Of a stretch of 64,000 bases of DNA, positions 40,377-49,101 are shown piece by piece. The first letter of the stretch is position 1, and every line of letters begins with the position of its first letter. This DNA is from an uncultured Leptospirales bacterium (GTDB lineage Bacteria; Spirochaetota; UBA4802; UBA5550). The stretch is taken from the NCBI GenBank assembly GCA_964534225.1, contig CAZHNW010000007.1:1432-65431 (forward strand). Direction: 5' to 3'. A model generated the notes under the pieces. The model had not been told where the DNA came from. It saw only the letters and a program-made list of their open reading frames with translations, and made no database searches. The translations under genes and the position numbers were made by a program.

Positions 40377-42077
40377 TTATTCTGCTGCAATATGGGACGC
40401 CATTTTGACTACTGACATAAAGTCACTGTATTCCTCCGCTGCCAGGGCCTCCTGCCTGACAGACGGTTTTGAAAATATTTTCGAGATATCAGAAAGAATC
40501 TGTATCTGTGATTTCTGGTCGTCAAGGGGCGTTAGAATCATGAATATGATATGTGCCGGTTTACCATCGGGAGCGTTAAAGTCAATACCCTTTTTGGAGA
40601 GGCCGATAACAAGGCACGACTGTTTCAGTCCCGCCATGCGGGCATGTGGAACCGCGAGATGGTTGCCGATACCGGTGCTCATGATCAGTTCCCTTTCCCA
40701 CACCATTTTACTGATGAGATCAGCACCGAGACCACATTTTTTATTGGCAAGAACTGAGAGTTCCCTGATGGCATCCTCAGCGGTGTATCCACTGAGGCGG
40801 GGAACAAAGAGGCGGCTCTCTATAAGGTCCATGCAGTGCAGGGCATCCCTTGATTTGAGGAAAAAGCGTATAAGGGGGCCGCTGAAGATGGAGGTCACGA
40901 TAGCAGTGACAACAATGGCAACATAGGTTTCACTGGTTATGATTTTATATTCAAGGGCAAAGATGCCGAGGATGATCCCCATGGCTCCGCTGGCGCTCAT
41001 GCCTGAACCGGTTGCAAAGGCCTCACGGATTTTCATCCGTGCGCTGAGTCCCGCGAGTACTGCTCCCCCGAGTTTGCCGGTAAAAACAATGAGAATAAGG
41101 AGAAGGGAGAGAAGGAGATTGAAGTCACTGAAAAAATCGATGCGCAGGCCGATGGCAACAAAGAAAAGGGGCGCAAAGATGTTATTGATGAACTGGTCAA
41201 TGATTTCCCTGGTGTGTTCTTTCAGCCGGGGAGAGTCACCAATGGCTATACCCGCCAGGAATGCTCCAAAGATGGCATGAATTCCGATGGACTCTGCAAG
41301 AGAAGAGAAGAGAAGAGCAACCACGATGGCAAAGGATATGACTCCTCCCGGCCATTCAGTATTTGCCTGTATCCATCCCAGGGCCCTGTTGATGAGGAAT
41401 CTCACCACTGTCAAAAGCAGGACGGAAAAGAGCAGGGTGAAACCGATTGTTTTAAGGACGGAAAGGGTATTGACATTTCCTGTTTCAACGATTTGAATGA
41501 GAACGGAGAAGAAAAGCCATCCGAAGATGTCATTGATTATGGCGGCGGAAAGGATGAGCATTCCCAGGTCTGAATGGAAAAGTTTCATCTCCATCAGTAT
41601 CTTGGCGATGATGGGCAGCGATGTTATCGAAACGGCGATACCGATAAAAAGGGGCAGTACCCGGGCATTATCTCCGCTGCCGAAGATATGGGGGAACTGC
41701 CATGCAACTGTGGCACCGATGATGAAGGGGACGAGGATGCTGAAGAGGCTGACATAAATAACCGACTTCCCCTGCTGAAAGACAGATGAGAGATCGACTT
41801 CAAGCCCTGCCGTGAGAAGAAGAAGTACAACCCCCAGGAGGATAAAACCCTCAAGGCCGGTGTAAACATGGCCTGTTGGGGGAAAAAGCCAGGCTGAAAA
41901 GTCAGGCGCCAGGCGCCCCAGTACGGTATGGCCTAACAGTACCCCTGCCAGGATTTGCCCTATTACCGCGGGAAGCCTGTAGCGGTTGAAAATTTCACCC
42001 AGTATTCGCGCCAGGCCCAGCATCAGGGAGAGGCTGAGAAAAAGGATAACAATTTCTTCTTTTCCGAATGCATTCAT
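40377..42077 (-). CDS. cation:proton antiporter (CPA/KefB-like Na+/H+ exchanger domain) fused to C-terminal PTS EIIA(Ntr)/PtsN-like domain
   Basis: 12-13 TM helices typical of Na_H_Exchanger; C-terminal EIIA-2 domain with phosphorylatable His context (GIGNHLAVPHAR). Confidence 0.75.
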   Translation of the reverse strand: MNAFGKEEIVILFLSLSLMLGLARILGEIFNRYRLPAVIGQILAGVLLGHTVLGRLAPDFSAWLFPPTGHVYTGLEGFILLGVVLLLLTAGLEVDLSSVFQQGKSVIYVSLFSILVPFIIGATVAWQFPHIFGSGDNARVLPLFIGIAVSITSLPIIAKILMEMKLFHSDLGMLILSAAIINDIFGWLFFSVLIQIVETGNVNTLSVLKTIGFTLLFSVLLLTVVRFLINRALGWIQANTEWPGGVISFAIVVALLFSSLAESIGIHAIFGAFLAGIAIGDSPRLKEHTREIIDQFINNIFAPLFFVAIGLRIDFFSDFNLLLSLLLILIVFTGKLGGAVLAGLSARMKIREAFATGSGMSASGAMGIILGIFALEYKIITSETYVAIVVTAIVTSIFSGPLIRFFLKSRDALHCMDLIESRLFVPRLSGYTAEDAIRELSVLANKKCGLGADLISKMVWERELIMSTGIGNHLAVPHARMAGLKQSCLVIGLSKKGIDFNAPDGKPAHIIFMILTPLDDQKSQIQILSDISKIFSKPSVRQEALAAEEYSDFMSVVKMASHIAAE

Positions 42078-42243
42078 GAAGTTAATCTACTCACTTTTTA
42101 TAAAATAATAAATGGGACAAATGAAAAAAATTGGACTTACCGGAAAATCAGGAAAGACCCAAAAAGTTTAATATGACATAATAAGTTCAGATGATCTGTA
42201 ATTTCAATCAGTATTTCTGTTTCTCATCAGTTTTTAATATAAT

Positions 42244-42297
42244 AGATGTCGCTATTGAAGGCGAGGTTCGCTAACCTCGCCTTCAATAGCGACATCT
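42244..42297. repeat. 25-bp perfect inverted repeat with 4-nt loop (AGATGTCGCTATTGAAGGCGAGGTT cgct AACCTCGCCTTCAATAGCGACATCT) in divergent intergenic region, followed by T-rich tract
   Basis: verified base by base; 54 nt total. Confidence 0.85.
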
Positions 42298-42406
42298 CGT
42301 AAGCAGGATTGGTTGTTTTTTTGCTTTTTTTTGCCGATAATGCAGGAAAGGGGAAATTCTCATTATTTGATGGGGAAGTTTAATGCAAATTTGCCCTTGA
42401 CCGGAC

Positions 42407-44830
42407 ATGCCAGGGAATGGTTTATTGAAGGGAATGAAACGTTTATCCACCTACATATTACAGCTCTACTTCAGGTTTCGTTATATTCGCCAGTTTCTCT
42501 GGTTTTTTCTGGTGACCCTTGTCCTGACAGTGGGGGTATCCCTCTTTTTCCCCGAACGGAGTACCATAACACGGCCCGTGGGTTGGGAAAAAAGCTATTA
42601 TATTACACCGGCAGGAATTGCCACAGGGAATTTTGATGCCGCAGCGCGGGGAAAACTTGTCATTGTTGCCTGTGAAGGTACTGAAAAAGGAAAACAGGGT
42701 ATTTATGCCTATATCTCTTATAACGGGGGTATCTCCTTTCGGGCGCCGGTAAAAGTGGCTGATGTTAATACTGTTATTGCCAACAATCCCCGTGTCGCCA
42801 TTTCAGGTAACGGCCATGTCTTTATCGTGTGGCAGAACCACATGGTGGATGAGGCGGCAAACAGGATTTACTATGCACGTTCAGGTGACATGGGCGTCAC
42901 CTGGTCTGCCCCGGCAGTGATATACAGCGGGTATGAAATGGAGATGCTCCCCCGGGTCTTTTATGACAACAGAAACCATGTGCATGTTTTCTTTCATGGT
43001 TTCAGCGGGGGTGTGATAAACCTTTATCACAGTGTCAGCAGGGATGAAAAAAAATTTCGCAATACCGGCACATTGATGAAACTGACGCCTGACATGAAGG
43101 GGGCCTTTTTCCCTGCTATACAGCTTTACCGGGATAATATCTACGTTGTCTGGCAGGGGAAGGGGCGGTCTTATACGGATGACCTCTATTTTATGAAATC
43201 AGGCAATTACGGTGAGAGCTGGAGCGGCATCAAAAAGATTACTACCAGCAAAGCAAATGACGCGGCACCATCGGTACTTGTTTCCGGTGACACGATTTAC
43301 CTTGCTTATCAGAACAACGAGAAAAAATCATGGGACATTCGGCTCCTCATCGGCAGGGGACGGGGCCGTTCATGGGTTGAAAAACCGATAAAAATTACAG
43401 AAACCAATACTGACTGTTACCGTCCGAAACTCGCTTTCAGCAGTAAGAATACCCTTCTTGTAACCTGGTACGACAGCAGGGAGGGGTACCTGGCGGTATT
43501 TGCCCGTGAATATGACACACGGAAAAAAAAGCAAGGAAAAGAGGTGAGGTTGTCACTGAAAAAAAGGGACTCCCGGGATCCCTTTCCTGTTGCCTCTGGC
43601 AACAAGGCGGTGGTCTTCTGGCGGGAGGGGCGGCGTATCACCGCTAAATACAGTGATGTCTATGTCAGGCCTCCCCGTGTGTATTCACGCACCCATCCCG
43701 CGGGACGCTGGTCACGCCGGTCCACGGCGCGGATTGAGTGGGTTCCCCCGGCTGATGAGTCAGGTATTGTCGGTTACGCCACTATTGTGAGCAAGGCTGA
43801 CCAGAAGGGGCGCGTTGAAGACATCAATCCCGCCATCCAGAACATTAATGCGGGCACGCGCAGTGTCGTGCTGCCGGGACTCCTTGACGGCATAACCTAT
43901 TTTCATATCCGCGCCATTGACGGGGCTGGCAACTTCAGCCGTACCATTCACTACAAGATACAGGTAAGTGCCAATCCCCTGCCCATGCCCGTGGTGGTTT
44001 CACCCACACATCCCCAGGGTAAAAAGGTTGATTCGCGAACACCTGTTTTTCGCTGGGCTGTGGACGGGCGGGAACGCTTGAAGGGTTTTGTCTACAGCCT
44101 TTCAAAGGACTCAGCTACCTATCCCCGGACCTTTACCCGGGATTTTGAAAAGACCTTTAAGGACCTCGAAAAGGGCGTCTACTTTTTCAGCCTCAGCGCC
44201 ATCGACAGGACAAACCAGCGGAGCCAGGTGGCCGACTATTATATTATTGCCGGGGGAGCAGAAGAGATAAATCCTGATGAACTCATGGAAAGAACAAAGA
44301 GAAAGAAACCCTTTCAAATACGCTACCTGGCGAAAAAACCTGAAATGGTCATTGATTTTCCCTTTGATATAAAAACACCACTGAAAGAGGATTCTTTCAG
44401 TGCGGTGATGAAAATACAAAATGTCAGTGAAAAGAACATCACCGGTTATTCAGTTGTGGTGAGCCGAAAAAAGGCTGAGGCGCCGAAGACGGTGACCACG
44501 GTAGAGAATGTACTGAGAGTCGAAGATCTTTCCAGCGGCAGGTACTATCTTTCAGCCCGGGGACAGTATGTCAGGGTACGGGGAAGGAAAAAAGACCTTC
44601 GCTGGACAGAGCCGATTGAAAAAATAATCAATGTTTCCATTCCTGTTACGCTTTCCCCGGTTCAGCGCTACGGCAGAGAAGTCATTAATGGCATCCGGAG
44701 AAATATTCTTCCTGTTACCATGGCGGTGGCCCTTATGGGGTTTGTTACTGCTGTTATCGGTTTCGGCACGCGTTTCAGTTTCTACTGGAGACGGGCGGGG
44801 TTTCGCCTGCGCCTTCTTTTCAGGTTGTAG
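42407..44830 (+). CDS. BNR/Asp-box repeat (sialidase-like beta-propeller) protein with Ig/FN3-like region and C-terminal TM anchor + Arg-rich tail (alt start 42434)
   Basis: Asp-box motifs SGDMGVTWSAP, SGNYGESWSGI, GRGRGRSWVEK; N-terminal signal-anchor; C-terminal ALMGFVTAVIGFGTRFSFYWRRAGFRLRLLFRL. Confidence 0.7.
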   Translation: MPGNGLLKGMKRLSTYILQLYFRFRYIRQFLWFFLVTLVLTVGVSLFFPERSTITRPVGWEKSYYITPAGIATGNFDAAARGKLVIVACEGTEKGKQGIYAYISYNGGISFRAPVKVADVNTVIANNPRVAISGNGHVFIVWQNHMVDEAANRIYYARSGDMGVTWSAPAVIYSGYEMEMLPRVFYDNRNHVHVFFHGFSGGVINLYHSVSRDEKKFRNTGTLMKLTPDMKGAFFPAIQLYRDNIYVVWQGKGRSYTDDLYFMKSGNYGESWSGIKKITTSKANDAAPSVLVSGDTIYLAYQNNEKKSWDIRLLIGRGRGRSWVEKPIKITETNTDCYRPKLAFSSKNTLLVTWYDSREGYLAVFAREYDTRKKKQGKEVRLSLKKRDSRDPFPVASGNKAVVFWREGRRITAKYSDVYVRPPRVYSRTHPAGRWSRRSTARIEWVPPADESGIVGYATIVSKADQKGRVEDINPAIQNINAGTRSVVLPGLLDGITYFHIRAIDGAGNFSRTIHYKIQVSANPLPMPVVVSPTHPQGKKVDSRTPVFRWAVDGRERLKGFVYSLSKDSATYPRTFTRDFEKTFKDLEKGVYFFSLSAIDRTNQRSQVADYYIIAGGAEEINPDELMERTKRKKPFQIRYLAKKPEMVIDFPFDIKTPLKEDSFSAVMKIQNVSEKNITGYSVVVSRKKAEAPKTVTTVENVLRVEDLSSGRYYLSARGQYVRVRGRKKDLRWTEPIEKIINVSIPVTLSPVQRYGREVINGIRRNILPVTMAVALMGFVTAVIGFGTRFSFYWRRAGFRLRLLFRL

Positions 44831-45065
44831 GTTTGCGGGGAAGTTAATGCACCGCCTGGAGGCAACCCGCGGCGGGGGGTTAAACTTCCTTCATCTTTAT
44901 GCTTTTTTGAATTTTTTATAAAATATTTTATATATAAACAAGAATTTTGTGTCAGTATTAAAAGGTTTTTACCGTCATAAAGGGGGAGAATTGTAAACAA
45001 AAGCCCCTGTAAGTGTCTAATGATAAAAAGACTTTAACCGGTATATATTTTTACAAGGAGACTGC

Positions 45066-46976
45066 ATGGCCAGGCGCCTGGGAATCATTATTATTACATG
45101 CCTTATGCCCCTTTCTTTTCTTACCGCTCAGAACGTGAGTGACCTGGACAAAAAGGCACAGGAGCATTTTGACAAAAAGCAGTTCAGCAGCGCCATTGCC
45201 CTCTGGCTCAATATTCTCGAAATCGACCCTGAGAATGAGCGCATCCAGAAGAAGATCGAAATGATCTACGAGTTGAAGCAGCGCAAGGACCTTGCCCTTC
45301 AGAAGGCGAAGCTGAATTACCGTATTGCCCGTAAGACAATTGATACGAATTATGAGGTGGGGAAGTCAAAGGCCAAGACTGCCATCAATAATTATATCGC
45401 CGCCTACCGTATTGATCCCGAAGACCCGGAGCTGCAGGAACTGAAAGAGGATATGCGGCGCCTCAATGACCGGATTTCAGCTGAAGAGGAGAAAAGGCGT
45501 CTTCGTCGTGAACTGCGGATGAAGGCTGACAGAATTCTCCTTCTTGCCCTGGCGGCGATGAAGGAGGAACGCTACCAGGACGCCCTGAAACACTGGGAGG
45601 ATATTCTCGATATTCTTCCGAAAGATCCCCGGGCACGTGAGGGGAAGAGGACCGCTACCCTGGCAATAGAGAACCGCATCAAGTTTGAAAAGATCAGGCG
45701 CTTCATGGCAAAGGGGAAGGGGCTTCTAAAAGAGAAGAGGTATCCCCTGGCGCGCCTCGAGTTCGTGCAGATCATTAACCTTGACCCTGAAAACGCCGAG
45801 GCAAAGGAACTCATTGAAGACATCGATGAAGAACTGGAGAAACGGCGCCGGTACCAGCAGCGTCAGCAGCAGGCTGAGAATTTTTACCGGTCTGCATTGG
45901 CCAGTATCGAGAAGAACGACTTTGACCAGGCAGAGGAAGACCTTGAATCCACCCTGGCCCTGGTTGAAAACTATAAAGATGCGAAACAGCGCCTTGCCGG
46001 TCTCGATGCCCTGAGAAAAGAGTACGCCCAGGAGGAGAGGCGCCGGCGTCTGAAAATCATTAACCGTGAATTCCAGGAGGGCATTATCGCCTACACTGAA
46101 GGCGATTACCGCAGGGCCATTGCAGCCTTTGAAAAGACCCTGAAACTCAATCCGAAAGACAGCCAGGCGCGTGATTACCTTCAGCGCGCCAAGGACGCCC
46201 AGGAGATACTCTCCGAAGAGCTGGTGGACAGCAATTCACCCTATTATGACATTGTTAATTCATTGATAATATCGGGAAAGGCCCTGTATGCCAGGGGTAA
46301 GTACCTGCAGTCCCGAAAGAAGTGGGACAATATCCTAAAGCTTTTCCCGAAAAACAAGGTTGCCACTGAGTATCTTTTGAAATGCGAAATGAAACTTAAC
46401 CCCGCATCATATAAAGAGCTGATGGCGCGCATGATCAATACGGGAAAGGAGCTCTACAAGGCAAAGAAATACCGTGCCGCCCTGAAAAATTTTGAGCTGG
46501 TCGCCTCTATCGATCCAAAGTATCCCGGTATTGCCGCCCTGATCGCCCGTTCGCGGCGCAGTGAACGGGCGGCAAAGGTTGTTCTCAACGCGGCGGATAA
46601 GCAAACAGTAGCGCAGCAGTTGAGGCGTGCAGCCCTTTTTTATAAAAGGGGGGGAAGACAGAATATTCTTGCCGCCCTTGCCGCTTACCGTGATGTGAAA
46701 CGAAAAGACCCTGAAAACGTTCAGGCCATTATCGGTATTAACAAGATCGAATCACAGCTGCGTATTACACCTGCCGCCCGCAGGGTTGCCCAGAGGCGTC
46801 TTACACCGCGGCAGAGAATTCTTGTGCGCAAATATTATTACAGCGGCATCAGCTATTATACGAACAATAATTTCAAGAAGGCCATTGATGAATGGCGAAA
46901 AGTACTTGCAATTGACCCGGGAAATGTAAAAGCAAGGAACAATATCAGAAAATCTCTCGGTTTCCTCGGACGGTAA
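45066..46976 (+). CDS. secreted TPR-repeat protein
   Basis: signal peptide; multiple TPR-like 34-aa units (..AIALWLNILEIDPEN.., ..AIAAFEKTLKLNPKD.., ..ALKNFELVASIDPKY.., ..AIDEWRKVLAIDPGN..); AGGAG RBS. Confidence 0.8.
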   Translation: MARRLGIIIITCLMPLSFLTAQNVSDLDKKAQEHFDKKQFSSAIALWLNILEIDPENERIQKKIEMIYELKQRKDLALQKAKLNYRIARKTIDTNYEVGKSKAKTAINNYIAAYRIDPEDPELQELKEDMRRLNDRISAEEEKRRLRRELRMKADRILLLALAAMKEERYQDALKHWEDILDILPKDPRAREGKRTATLAIENRIKFEKIRRFMAKGKGLLKEKRYPLARLEFVQIINLDPENAEAKELIEDIDEELEKRRRYQQRQQQAENFYRSALASIEKNDFDQAEEDLESTLALVENYKDAKQRLAGLDALRKEYAQEERRRRLKIINREFQEGIIAYTEGDYRRAIAAFEKTLKLNPKDSQARDYLQRAKDAQEILSEELVDSNSPYYDIVNSLIISGKALYARGKYLQSRKKWDNILKLFPKNKVATEYLLKCEMKLNPASYKELMARMINTGKELYKAKKYRAALKNFELVASIDPKYPGIAALIARSRRSERAAKVVLNAADKQTVAQQLRRAALFYKRGGRQNILAALAAYRDVKRKDPENVQAIIGINKIESQLRITPAARRVAQRRLTPRQRILVRKYYYSGISYYTNNNFKKAIDEWRKVLAIDPGNVKARNNIRKSLGFLGR

Positions 46977-46979
46977 ATT

Positions 46980-48551
46980 ATGGCAGAGAAAGAAAATAAG
47001 ACCTCTTCTAAAAAAGAAAAGGGTAAAGAAAAGACCACGCCCCGTATCAGGTTCGGCCTTCGCCTGAAGTTTTCCCTTGCCATTATCGCCCTTGTCGCGG
47101 TGATACTTTCAACCATGACAGTTTATTTCGTATACCGTGAGAGCGACCTTCTTACGGAACAGATATTTTCTTCGATCAAGAGGGAAATGATCCACCTTAC
47201 CAATACCGCCCAGGAGTCTATCGGTATCGATGAACTTGCCCTTATCGGCTCCATCAAGAACCTCCAGGAAATAAAGTACCTGAAATATGCCTATGTCGTC
47301 AACAATAAGGGGCAGATAATCCAGTACTTTGACAGGAGAAAGGAGAAAAGAACCATTGGTGAGGTTCTTTCTGACGGTATCGTAAGGAACCTGAAAAAGA
47401 GAAAAGATAAAAAACAGACAGTTATTACCAGTATAAGTGACCCTGATGACAGGGGAGGTAAAATCTTTGATTTTTCCCGCCTGGTACTCAATAAGGTGGA
47501 TGGTAAACCAATTGGCGCCGCCATTATCGGTCTTTCTGATATTATTATACGGCAGGAGGTTGCCAATGTGATCAAGGTAATCAGCCTCATCTCTCTTGCC
47601 TTTCTCGGACTCTCCATCATAGGATCCATCATCCTGGCGAGTATTACCATTAAGCCGATACGTATTCTCTCGCGCGGTGTTCTCCTTATCGGGGGCGGCG
47701 ACCTTGACCACCGCATCGAGATCGACCGTTCTGACGAGCTGGGGATGCTGGCCCGGGAGTTCAACGACATGACCACCCAGATCAAGGAGGCCAAAAACAA
47801 GGAGATCGAGTCCCGCCTCATGGAAGAACAGCTTGAAATGGCCAAGGACATCCAGGAAGGGCTCAACCCCATGGATTATTACGAAAAGGGGGGCGTTCAG
47901 ATCAAGGGCTTTACCCGCGCCGCCAAGGGTGTCGGCGGGGACTATTTTGATTACATTGATATTGATGAACACAGGGTGGGGGCCCTTATCAGTGATGTGT
48001 CCGGTAAGGGGGTTCCTGCTTCACTTGTCATGGTTATGATTCGAACGGTTTTTACTTCATACATTACCCGAAGTGACGTTGACTGCGCCCGTGTCGTGCG
48101 CGCCATTAATGATTCTCTCAGCGCGGATTTCGCAATCGATAAGTTTGCCACACTTTTTTTTATGATATATAACAGAAAAACGGGGGAACTCGCCTTTTCC
48201 AACGCGGGTCACGGGCCACTCTTCTGCTACCGTGCTGAACTGAATGCCTGTACCGCCACAAAGCTCGATGGTGTTCCCATTGGCATTATGGAGGATGTAG
48301 AGTACACCCAGGCAAAAGTCTTTTTGAAACCGGGGGATATGGTGGTTCTCTATACTGACGGTGTTACCGAGATGCGTAATGCTGATAAAGAAGAATACGG
48401 GCTCAAACGCGTTCAGCAGATGATGCTGAAAAACCATGACATGAATGCTGAGGATTTTGTTGATTTACTGGTAAAGGAGATCGATGATTTCAGGGGAGAT
48501 GTGCCTCCCCATGATGATGAGACCATGCTGGTATTTAAACGGGTCGACTGA
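46980..48551 (+). CDS. membrane sensor phosphatase: TM-periplasmic domain-TM-HAMP-PP2C (SpoIIE/RsbU family)
   Basis: two TM helices flanking ~140-aa extracytoplasmic domain; HAMP (IKPIRILSRGVLLIGGGDLDHRIEIDRSDELGMLAREFNDM); PP2C motifs (GDYFDY, ISDVSGKGVPASL, LYTDGVTE). Confidence 0.85.
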   Translation: MAEKENKTSSKKEKGKEKTTPRIRFGLRLKFSLAIIALVAVILSTMTVYFVYRESDLLTEQIFSSIKREMIHLTNTAQESIGIDELALIGSIKNLQEIKYLKYAYVVNNKGQIIQYFDRRKEKRTIGEVLSDGIVRNLKKRKDKKQTVITSISDPDDRGGKIFDFSRLVLNKVDGKPIGAAIIGLSDIIIRQEVANVIKVISLISLAFLGLSIIGSIILASITIKPIRILSRGVLLIGGGDLDHRIEIDRSDELGMLAREFNDMTTQIKEAKNKEIESRLMEEQLEMAKDIQEGLNPMDYYEKGGVQIKGFTRAAKGVGGDYFDYIDIDEHRVGALISDVSGKGVPASLVMVMIRTVFTSYITRSDVDCARVVRAINDSLSADFAIDKFATLFFMIYNRKTGELAFSNAGHGPLFCYRAELNACTATKLDGVPIGIMEDVEYTQAKVFLKPGDMVVLYTDGVTEMRNADKEEYGLKRVQQMMLKNHDMNAEDFVDLLVKEIDDFRGDVPPHDDETMLVFKRVD

Positions 48552-48565
48552 CCCGCAGCGGGTCA
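48549..48565. terminator. short palindrome TGACCCG-cag-CGGGTCA whose two ends are the stop codons of the convergent PP2C (+) and STAS (-) genes; possible compact bidirectional terminator
   Basis: read from sequence; no flanking U-tract. Confidence 0.4.
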
Positions 48566-48886
48566 GATCAGTTCGTCTTCGCTGTCATAAATTCTAAAAA
48601 ATTTATCAAGTGTGGCGAGTTTCAGTATATTCAAAACATCGTCATGTATATTCATGAGGGCAAATTTGCCGTTGTGTGCTTTCATTTTTTTCTGCCCTGC
48701 CACGAGTGCGCCTATTCCTGATGAGTCCATGTAATTGACATTGGCCATGTCTACGATGACACTTGAATACTTGCCGTCTGTAATGCTGAATAATGCCTTT
48801 TTAAGTTCGCTGACATTATAAAGGTCAACTTCACCGCTCACTTCAATTATTTTATGTTCTGCCATTTCTTTGAAGTTGATCTCCAT
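48563..48886 (-). CDS. STAS-domain anti-sigma factor antagonist (start at internal ATG 48886 with AGGAG RBS; ORF-track N-terminal extension to 49027 rejected); candidate promoter TTGACA-17-TAAGAT at 48950..48922 (minus)
   Basis: MEINFKEMAEHKIIEVSGEVDL...YMDSSGIGALV SpoIIAA-like. Confidence 0.8.
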   Translation of the reverse strand: MEINFKEMAEHKIIEVSGEVDLYNVSELKKALFSITDGKYSSVIVDMANVNYMDSSGIGALVAGQKKMKAHNGKFALMNIHDDVLNILKLATLDKFFRIYDSEDELI

Positions 48887-49101
48887 TGCTTTCTGCTCCT
48901 GATGATTTGACTGTATTATTATCTTATTTGAGTATAGATCATATGTCAATACTTTTAGGTGAAAAGTAAAATCCCGTATTTTTATGGATGTGACAGTATA
49001 ATCTATGAGTAGTAATGAGCATACCATTAATGTTTGTCTTTTATTTGTAAAGCAGAAAAAAATTACAGAAACAAAAAAACACTATAAAGGGAGGCTGGTT
49101 T

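Noticed and set aside
40405-41789. several plus-strand ORFs (40405..40926, 40939..41280, 41214..41573, 41497..41757)
   Set aside because: Antisense to the antiporter-EIIA gene, whose TM-helix pattern is unambiguous.
47109-47972. 287-aa minus-strand ORF
   Set aside because: Antisense shadow ORF entirely inside the HAMP-PP2C phosphatase gene, whose plus-strand frame has clear HAMP and PP2C motifs.
48887-49027. 47-codon N-terminal extension of the STAS ORF
   Set aside because: Extension translates promoter-like AT-rich DNA (contains TTGACA-17-TAAGAT); internal ATG 48886 has AGGAG RBS and gives a canonical ~107-aa STAS protein.
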